NCBI RefSeq assembly: GCF_009914755.1
Contig: NC_060933.1
DNA length: 64,000 bases
Strand: one strand, 5' to 3'
DNA from: the human T2T-CHM13v2.0 reference genome, Homo sapiens
Made by a program: the position numbers and the translations under genes. The notes below the pieces were generated by a model. That model made no database searches and was not told where the DNA came from. It saw only the letters and a list, made by a program, of their open reading frames with translations. This document shows, one piece after another, positions 27,101-41,900 of this stretch; positions within the stretch are counted from its first letter, which is position 1; each line of letters begins with the position of its first letter.

Positions 27101-30100
27101 CGCGTTGATTCCATTCCATTCCATTCCATTCCATTCCATTCCATTCCATTCCACTCCATTCCATTGCTCTCGGGTTTATTCCATTTCATTCCATTCCATT
27201 CCATTCCATTCCATTCCGGAAGATTCCATTCCATTGCATTCCATTCCATTCCATTCCCCTGCACTCGCGTTGATTCCATTCCATTCCATTCCATTCCATT
27301 CCATTCCATTCCTTTCCGTTCCATTCCATTCCATTCCATTCCATTCCATTCCGTTCCGTTCCATTCCATTCCATTCCATTCCATTCTATTCGGGTTAATT
27401 CCATTCCATTCCATTCGATTGCAATCGAGATGATTCCATTCCATTCCATTCCATTCCATTCCATTCCATTCCATTCCATTCCATTGCACACGGGTTCATT
27501 CCATTCCATTCCATTCCATTCCATTTCATTCCACTCCATTCTATTCCGTACCATTCCATTCCATCCCATTCCATTCCGTTCCAGTCCATACCATTACACT
27601 CGGGTTGATTCCATTCCTTTCCATTCCATTCTTGTTGAATCCATTCCATTCCATTCCATTCCATTCGAATCCATTCCATTGCACTCGGGTTGATTCCATT
27701 CCATTCCATTCCATTCCATTTCATTCCATTCCATTCCTTTACATTCGGATTGATTCTATTCAATTCCCTTACACTGCATTACATTCCATTCCATTCGGGA
27801 TGTTTCCATTCCTTTCCATTCCATTCCACTCCATTCCATTGCATCAGGTTGATTGCATTCCATTCCATTCCATTCCATTCCGGATGATTCCATTCCATTG
27901 CATTCCATTCCATTCCATTCCCCTGCACTCGGGTTGATTCCATTCCATTCCATTCCATTCCATTCCATTCCATTCTATTCTGGTTAATTCCATTCCATTC
28001 CTTTCGATTCCATTCCATTCCATTCCATTCCATTGCAATGGAGTTGATTCCATTCCATTCCATTCCATTCCGTTCCGGATGATTCCATTCCATTCCATTC
28101 CATTCCATTCCATTCCCCTGCAGTCGGGTTGATTCCATTCCATTCCATTCCATTCCATTCCATTCCATTCCATTCCATTCCATTCTATTCGGGTTAATTC
28201 CATTCCATTCCATTCCATTCCATTCCATTCCATTCCAGTCGAGTTGATTCCGTTCCATTCCATTCCATTCCATTCCATTCCATTGCACTCCATTCCGGTC
28301 CTTTCCATTCCATTACACTCGGGTTGATTCCATTCTATTCCTTTCCATTCCATTCCATTCCATTGCAATCGAGTTGATTCCATTGCTTTGCATTGCATTC
28401 CATTCCATTCCATTCCGGATGATTCCATTCCATTGCATTCCATTCCATTCCATTCCCCTGCACTCGGGTTGATTCCATTCCATTCCACTCCATTCCGTTC
28501 CATTCCATTCCATTCCATTTTATTCGGGTTAATTCCATTCCATTCCATTCCATTCCATTCCATTCCATTCCATTCCATTCCCCTGCACTCGCGTTGATTC
28601 CATTCCATTCCATTCCATTCCATTCCAATCCATTCCATTGTATTCGGGTTAATTCCATTCCATTCCATTCCATTCCATTCCATTCCATTCCATTACAATC
28701 GAGTTGATTCCATTCCATTCCATTCCATTCCAGTCCTTTCCATTCCATTCCACTCGGGTTGATTCCATTCTATTAGTTTCCATTCCATTCCATTCCCTTC
28801 CATTCCACTCTGGTTGATTCCATTCCTTTCCATTCCACTCGAATACATTCCCTCCTATTCCACTCGGAACGATTCCATTCCATTCCATTCCATTCCATTC
28901 CATTCCATTCCATTCCAGTTCGTTCCATTCCATTCTATTCCGTACCATTCCATTCCATTCCATTCCTTTCCATTCCATTCCTTTCCACTCGTGTTGATTC
29001 CATTCCTTTCCATTCCATTCGGTTTGAAGGCATTGCGTTCCATTCAATTCCATTCCATTCCATTCAATTCCATTCCATTCTATTCCATTCCATTGCAATC
29101 TAGTTGAATCCATTGCCTTTCATTCCATTCCATTCCATTCCATTCCATTTCGGAAGATTCCATTCCATTCCATTCCATTCCATTCCATTCCATTCCATTC
29201 CCCTGCACTCGCGTTGATTCCATTCCATTCCATTCCATTCCATTCCGTTCCGTTCCATTCCATTCCATTCCATTCCATTCCGTTCCGTTCCATTCCATTC
29301 CATTCCATTCTATTCGGGTTAATTCCATTCCATTCCATTCGATTGCCATCGAGTTGATTCCATTCCATTCCATTCCATTCCATTCCATTCCATTCCTTTC
29401 CTTTCCATTCCATTACGGATGACTCCATTCCATTGCTTTCCATTCCATTCCATTCCCCTGTACTCGGGTTGATTCCATTCCATTCCATTCCACTCCATTC
29501 GGTTCCGTTGCATTCCATTCTATTGCATTCCATTCTATTCGGGTTAATTCCATTCCATTCTATTCCATTCTATTCCATTCCATTCCATTGCAATGGAGTT
29601 GATTCCATTCCATTCCATTCCATTCCGGATGATTCCATTTCATTGCATTCCATTCCATTCCATTCCCCTGCACTCGTGTTGATTCCATTCCCTTCCATTC
29701 CATTCCATTCCATTCCATTCCATTCCCCTGCACTCGTGTTGATTCCATTCCCTTCCATTCCATTCCATTCCGTTCCATTCCATTCCATTCCATTCTATTC
29801 CGGTTAATTCCATTCCATTCCATTCCATTCCATTCCATTGCAATCGAGTTGATTCCATTCCATTCCTTTCCATTCCATTCCATTGCCTTGCATTCCACTC
29901 GGGTTGATTCCATTCCCTTCTATCCACTCCATTACATTCCCTTCCATTCCACTCGGAATGATTGATTCCATTCCATTCCATTCCATTTCATTCCATTGCA
30001 ATCCATTCCAATCCATTCCATTCCATTCCACTCGAGTTGACTTTATTCCATTCCTTTCCATTCCATTCCATTCCTTTCCAATCGAGTTGATTCCATTCCA

Positions 30101-30230
30101 TTCCAATCCATTGCATTCCATTCCATGCCATTCCACTCGGGTTGATTCCATTCCTTTGCATTCCATTCCATTCCATTCCATTCCATTCCATTCCATTCCA
30201 TTGCATTCCATTCCGTTGCATTCCATTCCA
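18200..30230 (+). repeat. Nested ~6 kb tandem duplication (about 18200-23470 and 24070-30230) containing four copies of a ~1.3 kb module
   Basis: tggaatcgatttg 19891/26157 and gcccttcc 20311/26577 (offset 6266); cacacggg 21091/27487; gcatcagg 21470/27841; ttgctttcc 22971/29433. The module marker cggaatgattgattcc occurs at 19274, 23457, 25110 and 29954. Confidence 0.85.
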
Positions 30231-32949
30231 TTACATTCGGATTGATTCTATTCAACTCCCTTACTCTCCATTACATTCCATTCCATTCGGGTTGTTCCAT
30301 TCCATTCCATTCCATTCCACTCCATTCCATTGCACTCGGGTTGATTCCATTCCATTCCATTCCATTCCATTCCATTCCGGATGATTCCATTCCATTGCAT
30401 TCCGTTCCATTAAATTCCCCTGCACTCGCGTTGATTCCATTCCATTCCATTCCTTTCCATTCAATTCCATTCCATTACAATTCGTTCCATTCCATTCTAT
30501 TCCGTACCATTCCATTCTATTCCGTACCATCCCATTCCATTCCATACCATTCCATTCCATTCCACTCCATTCCATTCCATTCCATTCCGTTCCATTCCGT
30601 TCCATTCCATTCCATTCCATTCTATTCGGGTTAATCCCATTCCATTACATTCCATTCCATTCTATTCCATTCCATTGCAATCGAGTTGAATCCATTGCAT
30701 TTCATTCCATTCCATTCCATTCCATTCCGGAAGATTCCATTCCATTGCATTCCATTCCATGCCATTCCCCTGCACTCGCGTTGATTCCATTACATTCCAT
30801 TCCATTCCATTCCAATCCATTCCATTCCATTCCATTCCTTTCCGTTCCATTCCATTCCATTCCATTCCATTCCATTCCATTCCGTTCCGTTCCGTTCCGT
30901 TCCATTCCATTCCATTCCATTCTATTCGGGTTAATTCCATTCCATTCCATTCGATTGCAATCGAGTTGATTCCATTCCATTCCATTCCATTCCATTCCAT
31001 TCCATTCCTTTCCATTCCATTACGGATGATTCCATTCCATTGCATTACATTCCATTCCATTCCCCTGTACTCGGGTTGATTCCATTCCATTCCATTGCAT
31101 TCCATTCCATTCCGGATGATTCCATTCCATTGCATTCCGTTCCATTACATTCCCCTGCACTCGCGTTGATTCCATTCCATTCCATTCCATTCCATTCAAT
31201 TCCATTCCATTACAATTCGTTCCATTCCATTCTTTTCCGTACCATTCCATTCCATTACATACCATTCCATTCCATTCCATTCCATTCCGTTCCATTCCGT
31301 TCCATTCCATTCTCCTGCACTCGCGTTGATTCCATTCCATTCCATTCCATTCCATTCCGTTCCGTTCCATTCCATTCCATTCCATTCCATTGCATTCCAT
31401 TCCGTTCCGTTCCATTCCATTCCATTCCATTCTATTCGGGTTAATTCCATTCCATTCCATTCGATTGCAATCGAGTTGATTCCATTCCATTCTATTCCAT
31501 TCCATTCTATTCCATTCCATTCCATTCCATTCCTTTCCATTCCATTACGGATGATTCCATTCCATTGCATTCCATTCCATTCCATTCCCCTGTACTCAGG
31601 TTGATTCCATTCCATTCCAATCCATGCCATTCCACTCGTGTTGATTCCATTCTTTCCATTCCATTGAAGTTGAACCCATTCCATTGCATTCCATTCCATT
31701 CCATTCCCCTGCAGTCGGGTTGATTCCATTCCATTCCATTCCATTCCATTCCATTCCATTCCGTTCCATACCATTCCATTCCTTTCTATTCGGGTTAATT
31801 CCATTGCATTCCATTCCATTCCATTCCATTCCAATCAAGTTGATTCCATTCCATTCCATTCCATTCCATTCCATTCCATTCCACTCCATTCCAGTCCGTT
31901 CCATTCCATTCCACTCGGGTTGATTCCAATGTATTCCTTTCCATTCCATTTCATTCCATTGCAATCGAGTTGATTCCATTGCTTTGCATTCCATTCCATT
32001 CCATTCCATTCCGGATGATTCCATTCCATTGCATTGCATTCCATTCCATTCCCCTGCACTCGGGTTGATTCCATTCCATTCCACTCCATTCCGTTCCATT
32101 CCATTCCATTCCATTGTATTCGGGTTAATTCCATTCCATTCCATTCCATTCCATTACAATCGAGTTTATTCCATTCCATTCCATTCCATTCCAGTCCTTT
32201 CCATTCCATTCCACTCGGGTTGATTCCATTCTATTAGTTTCCATTCCATTCCATTCCCTTCCATTCCACTCTGGTTGATTCCATTCCTTTCCATTCCACT
32301 CGAATACATTCCCTCCTATTCCACTCGGAACGATTCCATTCCATTCCATTCCATTCCATTCCATTCCATTCCATTCCATTCCATTCCATTTCGTTCCATT
32401 CCATTCCATTCGGTATCATTCTATTCCATTCCATTCCATTCCATTCCATTCCATTCCATTCCATTCCGTTGCATTCCATTCCATTACATTCGGATTGATT
32501 CTATTCAACTCCCTTACTCTCCATTACATTCCATTCCATTCGGGTTGTTCCATTCCATTCCATTCCATTCCACTCCATTCCATTGCACTCGGGTTGATTC
32601 CATTCCATTCCATTCCATTCCATTCCATTCCGGATGATTCCATTCCATTGCATTCCGTTCCATTACATTCCCCTGCACTCGCGTTGATTCCATTCCATTC
32701 CATTCCATTCCATTCCATTCAATTCCATTCCATTACAATTCGTTCCATTCTATTCTATTCGTACCATTCCATTCCATTCCATACCATTCCATTCCATTCC
32801 ATTCCATTCCATTCCATTCCATTCCGTTCCATTCCGTTCCATTCCATTCCATTCCATTCTATTCGGATTAATTCCATTCCATTCCATTCCATTCCATTCC
32901 ATTCTATTCCATTCCATTGCAATCGAGTTGAATCCATTGCATTTCATTC

Positions 32950-35900
32950 CATTCCATTCCATTCCATTCCATTCCGGAATTTTCCATTCCATTGCCTTCC
33001 ATTCCATTCCATTCCCCTGCACTCGCGTTGATTCCATTCCATTGCATTCCATGCCATTCCGTTCCGTTCCATTCCATTCCATTCCATTCCGTTCCGTTCC
33101 ATTCCATTCCATTCCATTCTATTCGGGTTAATTCCATTCCATTCCATTCGATTGCAATCGAGTTGATTCCATTCCATTCCATTCCATTCCATTCCATTCC
33201 ATTCCATTCCATTCCTTTCCATTCCTTTACGGATGATTCCATTCCATTGCATGCCATTCCATTCCATTCCCTTGTACTCGGGTTGATTCCATTCCATTCC
33301 ATTGCAATCCATGCCATTCCACTCTTGTTGATTCCATTCTTTCCATTCCATTCAAGTTGAATCCATTCCATTTCATTCCATTCAATTTGATTCCATTCGA
33401 TTGCACTCGGGTTGATTCCATTCCATTGCATTCCATTCCATTCCATTCCATTCCATTCCATTCCATTCCATTCGGATTGATTCTATTCAATTCCCTTACA
33501 CTGCATTACATTCCAATCCATTCGGGTAGTTTCCATTCCATTCCATTCCATTCCTCTCCATTCCATTGCACTCGGGTTGATTCCATTCCATTGCATTCCA
33601 TTCCATTCCATTCAATTCCATTCCGTTCCAATCAATTCCATTACATTCGGATTGATTCTATTCAACTCCCTTACTCTCCATTCCATTCCATTCCATTCGG
33701 GTTGTTCCATTCCATTCCATTCCATTCCACTCCATTCCATTGCACTCGGGTTGATTCCATTCCATTCCATTCCATTCCATTCCATTCCATTCCATTCCAT
33801 TCCAATCGAGTTGATTCCATTCCATTCCATTCCATTCCAGTCCTTTCCATTCCATTCCACTCGGGTTGATTCCATTCTATTAGTTTCCATTCCATTCCAT
33901 TCCCTTCCATTCCACTCGGGTTGATTCCATTCCTTTCCATTCCACTCGAATACATTCCCTCCTATTCCACTCGGAACGATTCCATTCCATTCCATTCCAT
34001 TCCATTCCATTCCATTCCATTCCATTCCATTCCATTCCATTCCATTCCATTTCGTTCCATTCCATTCTATTCCGTATCATTCCATTCCATTCTATTCCAT
34101 TCCATTCCATTCCACTCGTGTTGATTTCATTCCTTTCCATTCCATTCGGTTTGAAGGCATTCCATTCCATTCCATTCCATTCCATTCCATTCCATTCCAT
34201 TCCATTCCATTCTACTCGGGTTGATTCCATTCCATTGCATTCCATTCCATTCCATTCCATTCCATTCCGTTGCATTCCATTCCATTACATTCGGATTGAT
34301 TCTATTCAACTCCCTTACTCTCCATTACATTCCCTTCCATTCGGGTTCTTCCATTCCATTCCATTCCGTTCCACTCCATTCCATTGCACTCGGATTGATT
34401 CCATTCCATTCCATTCCATTCCATTCCATTCCGGATGATTCCATTCCATTGCATTCCGTTCCATTACATTCCCCTGCACTCGGGTTGATTCCATTCCATT
34501 CCATTCCATTCCATTCGATTCCATTCCATTCCAATTCTTTCCATTCCATTCTATTCCTTACCGTTCCATTCCATTCCATACAATTCCATTCCATTCCATT
34601 CCACTCCGTTCCGTTCCGTTCCGTTCCGTTCCATTCCATTCCATTCCATTCTCTTTGGTTTAATTCCATTCCATTCCATTCCATTCCATTCTATTCCATT
34701 CCATTGCAATCGAGTGGAATCCATTGCATTCCATTCCATTCCATTCCATTCCATTCCGGAAGATTCCATTCCATTGTATTCCATTCCATTCCATTCCATT
34801 CCATTCCATTCCATTCCATTCCATTTCGCTCCATTCCATTCTATTCCGTCTCATTCCATTCCATTCCATTCCATTCCATTCCATTCCATTCCATTCCACT
34901 CGTGTTGATTCCATTCCTTTCCATTCCATTCGGTTTGAAGGCATTCCATTCCATTCCATTCCATTCCATTCCATTCCATTCCATTGTACTCGGGTTGATT
35001 CCATTCCATTGCATTCCATTCCATTCCATTCCATTCCATTCCATTCCGTTGCATTCCATTCCATTACGTTCGGATTGATTCTATTCAACTCCCTTACTCT
35101 CCATTACATTCCATTCCATTTGGGTTGTTCCATTCCATTCCATTCCATTCCACTCCATTCCATTGCACTCGGGTTGATTCCATTCCATTCCATTCCATTC
35201 CATTCCATTCCGGATGATTCCATTCCATTGCATTCCGTTCCATTACATTCCCCTGCACTCGCGTTGATTCCATTCCATTCCATTCCATTCCATTCAATTC
35301 CATTCCATTACAATTCCTTCCATTCCATTCTATTCCGTACCATTCCATTCCATTCCATACCATTCCATTCCATTCTATTCCATTCCATTCCATTCCATTC
35401 CGTTCCATTCCGTTCCATTCCATTCCATTCCATTCTATTCGGATTAATTCCATTCCATTCAATTCCATTCCATTCCATTCTATTCCATTCCATTGCAATC
35501 GATTTGAATCCATTGCATTTCATTCCATTCCATTCCATTCCATTCCATTCCGGAATTTTCCATTCCATTGCCTTCCATTCCATTCCATTCCCCTGCACTC
35601 GCGTTGATTCCATTCCATTGCATTCCATTCCATTCCGTTCCGTTCCATTCCATTCCATTCCATTCCGTTCCGTTCCATTCCATTCCATTCCATTCTATTC
35701 GGGTTAATTCCATTCCATTCCATTCGATTGCAATCGAGTTGATTCCATTCCATTCCATTCCATTCCATTCCATTCCATTCCATTCCATTCCTTTCCATTC
35801 CATTACGGATGATTCCATTCCATTGCATTCCATTCCATTCCATTCCCTTGTACTCGGGTTGATTCCATTCCATTCCATTCCAATCCATGCCATTCCACTC

Positions 35901-38900
35901 TTGTTGATTCCATTATTTCCATTCCATTCAAGTTGAATCCATTCCATTTCATTCCATTCAATTTGATTCCATTCGATTGCACTCGGGTTGATTCCATTCC
36001 ATTGCATTCCATTCCATTCCATTCCATTCCATTCCATTCCATTCGGATTGATTCTATTCAATTCCCTTACACTGCATTACATTCCAATCCATTCGGGTAG
36101 TTTCCATTCCATTCCATTCCATTCCTCTCCATTCCATTGCACTCGGGTTGATTCCATTCCATTGCATTCCATTCCATTCCATTCAATTCCATTCCGTTCC
36201 AATCAATTCCATTACATTCGGATTGATTCTATTCAACTCCCTTACTCTCCATTCCATTCCATTCCATTCGGGTTGTTCCATTCCATTCCATTCCATTCCA
36301 CTCCATTCCATTGCACTCGGGTTGATTCCATTCCATTCCATTCCTTTCCATTCCATTCCATTCCATTCCATTCCAATCGAGTTGATTCCATTCCATTCCA
36401 TTCCATTCCAGTCCTTTCCATTCCATTCCACTCGGGTTGATTCCATTCTATTAGTTTCCATTCCATTCCATTCCCTTCCATTCCACTCTGGTTGATTCCA
36501 TTCCTTTCCATTCCACTTGAATACATTCCCTCCTATTCCACTCGGAACGATTCCATTCCATTCCATTCCATTCCATTCCATTTCGTTCCATTCCATTCTA
36601 TTCCGTATCATTCCATTCCATTCCATTCCATTCCATTCCATTCCATTCCATTCCATTCCATTGTACTCGGGTTGATTCCATTCCATTGCATTCCATTCCA
36701 TTCCATTCCATTCCATTCCATTCCATTCCATTCCATTCCATTCCGTTCCATTCCATTACATTCGGATTGATTCTTTGCAACTCCCTTACTCTCCATTACA
36801 TTCTATTCCATTCGGATTGTTCCATTCCATTCCATTCCATTCCACTCCATTCCATTGCACTCGGGTTGATTCCATTCCATTCCATTGCATTCCATTCCGG
36901 ATGATTCCATTCCATTGCATTCCGTTCCATTACATTCCCCTGCACTCGGGTTGATTACATTCCATTCCATTCCATTCCATTCCATTCCATTCCATTCCAT
37001 TCCCTTGCATTCCATTCCATTCCTTTCCATTCCAGTCCTTTCCATTCCTTTCCACTCGGGTTGATTCCATTCTATTAGTTTCCATTCCATTCCATTCCCT
37101 TCCATTCCACTCTGGTTGATTCCATTCCTTTCCATTCCACTCGAATACATTCCCTCCTATTCCACTCGGAACGATTCCATTCCATTCCATTCCATTCCAT
37201 TCCATTCCATTCCATTCCATTCCATTCCATTCCATTTCGTTCCATTCCATTCTATTCCGTATCATTCCATTCCATTCTATTCCATTCCATTCCATTCCAC
37301 TCGTGTTGATTTCATTCCTTTCCATTCCATTCGGTTTGAAGGCATTCCATTCCATTCCATTCCATTCCATTCCATTCCATTCCATTCCATTCCACTCGGG
37401 TTGATTCCATTCCATTGCATTCCATTCCATTCCATTCCATTCCATTCCGTTGCATTCCATTCCATTACATTCGGATTGATTCTATTCAACTCCCTTACTC
37501 TCCATTACATTCCCTTCCATTCGGGTTCTTCCATTCCATTCCATTCCGTTCCACTCCATTCCATTGCACTCGGATTGATTCCATTCCATTCCATTCCATT
37601 CCATTCCATTCCGGATGATTCCATTCCATTGCATTCCGTTCCATTACATTCCCCTGCACTCGGGTTGATTCCATTCCATTCCATTCCATTCCATTCGATT
37701 CCATTCCATTCCAATTCTTTCCATTCCATTCTATTCCTTACCGTTCCATTCCATTCCATACAATTCCATTCCATTCCATTCCACTCCGTTCCGTTCCGTT
37801 CCGTTCCGTTCCATTCCATTCCATTCCATTCTCTTTGGTTTAATTCCATTCCATTCCATTCCATTCCATTCTATTCCATTCCATTGCAATCGAGTGGAAT
37901 CCATTGCATTCCATTCCATTCCATTCCATTCCATTCCGGAAGATTCCATTCCATTGTATTCCATTCCATTCCATTCCATTCCATTCCATTCCATTCCATT
38001 CCACTTCGCTCCATTCCATTCTATTCCGTCTCATTCCATTCCATTCCATTCCATTCCATTCCATTCCATTCCATTCCACTCGTGTTGATTCCATTCCTTT
38101 CCATTCCATTCGGTTTGAAGGCATTCCATTCCATTCCATTCCATTCCATTCCATTCCATTCCATTCCATTGTACTCGGGTTGATTCCATTCCATTGCATT
38201 CCATTCCATTCCATTCCATTCCATTCCATTCCATTCCGTTGCATTCCATTCCATTACGTTCGGATTGATTCTATTCAACTCCCTTACTCTCCATTACATT
38301 CCATTCCATTTGGGTTGTTCCATTCCATTCCATTCCATTCCACTCCATTCCATTGCACTCGGGTTGATTCCATTCCATTCCATTCCATTCCATTCCATTC
38401 CGGATGATTCCATTCCATTGCATTCCGTTCCATTACATTCCCCTGCACTCACGTTGATTCCATTCCATTCCATTCCATTCCATTCAATTCCATTCCATTA
38501 CAATTCCTTCCATTCCATTCTATTCCGTACCATTCCATTCCATTCCATACCATTCCATTCCATTCTATTCCATTCCATTCCATTCCATTCCGTTCCATTC
38601 CGTTCCATTCCATTCCATTCCATTCTATTCGGATTAATTCCATTCCATTCAATTCCATTCCATTCCATTCTATTCCATTCCATTGCAATCGAGTTGAATC
38701 CATTGCATTTCATTCCATTCCATTCCATTCCATTCCATTCCGGAATTTTCCATTCCATTGCCTTCCATTCCATTCCATTCCCCTGCACTCGCGTTGATTC
38801 CATTCCATTGCATTCCATTCCATTCCGTTCCGTTCCATTCCATTCCATTCCATTCCGTTCCGTTCCATTCCATTCCATTCCATTCTATTCGGGTTAATTC

Positions 38901-41900
38901 CATTCCATTCCATTCGATTGCAATCGAGTTGATTCCATTCCATTCCATTCCATTCCATTCCATTCCATTCCATTCCATTCCATTCCTTTCCATTCCATTA
39001 CGGATGATTCCATTCCATTGCATTCCATTCCATTCCATTCCCTTGTACTCGGGTTGATTCCATTCCATTCCATTCCAATCCATGCCATTCCACTCTTGTT
39101 GATTCCATTATTTCCATTCCATTCAAGTTGAATCCATTCCATTTCATTCCATTCAATTTGATTCCATTCGATTGCACTCGGGTTGATTCCATTCCATTGC
39201 ATTCCATTCCATTCCATTCCATTCCATTCCATTCCATTCGGATTGATTCTATTCAATTCCCTTACACTGCATTACATTCCAATCCATTCGGGTAGTTTCC
39301 ATTCCATTCCATTCCATTCCTCTCCATTCCATTGCACTCGGGTTGATTCCATTCCATTGCATTCCATTCCATTCCATTCAATTCCATTCCGTTCCAATCA
39401 ATTCCATTACATTCGGATTGATTCTATTCAACTCCCTTACTCTCCATTCCATTCCATTCCATTCGGGTTGTTCCATTCCATTCCATTCCATTCCACTCCA
39501 TTCCATTGCACTCGGGTTGATTCCATTCCATTCCATTCCTTTCCATTCCATTCCATTCCATTCCATTCCAATCGAGTTGATTCCATTCCATTCCATTCCA
39601 TTCCAGTCCTTTCCATTCCATTCCACTCGGGTTGATTCCATTCTATTAGTTTCCATTCCATTCCATTCCCTTCCATTCCACTCTGGTTGATTCCATTCCT
39701 TTCCATTCCACTTGAATACATTCCCTCCTATTCCACTCGGAACGATTCCATTCCATTCCATTCCATTCCATTCCATTTCGTTCCATTCCATTCTATTCCG
39801 TATCATTCCATTCCATTCCATTCCATTCCATTCCATTCCATTCCATTCCATTCCATTCCATTGTACTCGGGTTGATTCCATTCCATTGCATTCCTTTCCA
39901 TTCCATTCCATTCCATTCCATTCCATTCCATTCCATTCCATTCCGTTCCATTCCATTACATTCGGATTGATTCTTTGCAACTCCCTTACTCTCCATTACA
40001 TTCTATTCCATTCGGATTGTTCCATTCCATTCCATTCCATTCCACTCCATTCCATTGCACTCGGGTTGATTCCATTCCATTCCATTGCATTCCATTCCGG
40101 ATGATTCCATTCCATTGCATTCCGTTCCATTACATTCCCCTGCACTCGGGTTGATTACATTCCATTCCATTCCATTCCATTCCATTCCATTCCATTCCAT
40201 TCCCTTGCATTCCATTCCATTCCTTTCCATTCCAGTCCTTTCCATTCCTTTCCACTCGGGTTGATTCCATTCTATTAGTTTCCATTCCATTCCATTCCCT
40301 TCCATTCCACTCTGGTTGATTCCATTCCTTTCCATTCCACTCGAATACATTCCCTCCTATTCCACTCGGAACGATTCCATTCCATTCCATTCCATTCCAT
40401 TCCATTCCATTCCATTCCATTCCATTCCATTTCGTTCCATTCCATTCTATTCCGTATCATTCCATTCCAATTTTATTCCATTCCATTCCATTCCACTCGT
40501 GTTGATTTCATTCCTTTCCATTCCATTCGGTTTGAAGGCATTCCATTCCATTCCATTCCATTCCATTCCATTCCATTCCATTCCATTCCATTCCATTCTA
40601 CTCGGGTTGATTCCATTCCATTGCATTCCATTCCATTCCATTCCATTCCATTCCGTTGCATTCCATTCCATTACATTCGGATTGATTCTATTCAACTCCC
40701 TTACTCTCCATTACATTCCCTTCCATTCGGGTTCTTCCATTCCATTCCATTCCGTTCCACTCCATTCCATTGCACTCGGATTGATTCCATTCCATTCCAT
40801 TCCATTCCATTCCATTCCGGATGATTCCATTCCATTGCATTCCGTTCCATTACATTCCCCTGCACTCGGGTTGATTCCATTCCATTCCATTCCATTCCAT
40901 TCGATTCCATTCCATTCCAATTCTTTCCATTCCATTCTATTCCTTACCGTTCCATTCCATTCCATACAATTCCATTCCATTCCATTCCACTCCGTTCCGT
41001 TCCGTTCCGTTCCGTTCCATTCCATTCCATTCCATTCTCTTTGGTTTAATTCCATTCCATTCCATTCCATTCCATTCTATTCCATTCCATTGCAATCGAG
41101 TGGAATCCATTGCATTCCATTCCATTCCATTCCATTCCATTCCGGAAGATTCCATTCCATTGTATTCCATTCCATTCCATTCCATTCCATTCCATTCCAT
41201 TCCATTCCATTTCGCTCCATTCCATTCTATTCCGTCTCATTCCATTCCATTCCATTCCATTCCATTCCATTCCATTCCATTCCATTCCACTCGTGTTGAT
41301 TCCATTCCTTTCCATTCCATTCGGTTTGAAGGCATTCCATTCCATTCCATTCCATTCCATTCCATTCCATTCCATTCCATTGTACTCGGGTTGATTCCAT
41401 TCCATTGCATTCCATTCCATTCCATTCCATTCCATTCCATTCCATTCCGTTGCATTCCATTCCATTACGTTCGGATTGATTCTATTCAACTCCCTTACTC
41501 TCCATTACATTCCATTCCATTTGGGTTGTTCCATTCCATTCCATTCCATTCCACTCCATTCCATTGCACTCGGGTTGATTCCATTCCATTCCATTCCATT
41601 CCATTCCATTCCGGATGATTCCATTCCATTGCATTCCGTTCCATTACATTCCCCTGCACTCACGTTGATTCCATTCCATTCCATTCCATTCCATTCAATT
41701 CCATTCCATTACAATTCCTTCCATTCCATTCTATTCCGTACCATTCCATTCCATTCCATACCATTCCATTCCATTCTATTCCATTCCATTCCATTCCATT
41801 CCGTTCCATTCCGTTCCATTCCATTCCATTCCATTCTATTCGGATTAATTCCATTCCATTCAATTCCATTCCATTCCATTCTATTCCATTCCATTGCAAT

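Noticed and set aside
34711-34720. GGAAT on the + strand (also 19275, 19892, 32976, 50601) as a possible inversion breakpoint
   Set aside because: These are isolated single pentamers produced by point changes (e.g. gttgaat>gtggaat). The flanks stay in ATTCC orientation, so there is no inversion in the window.
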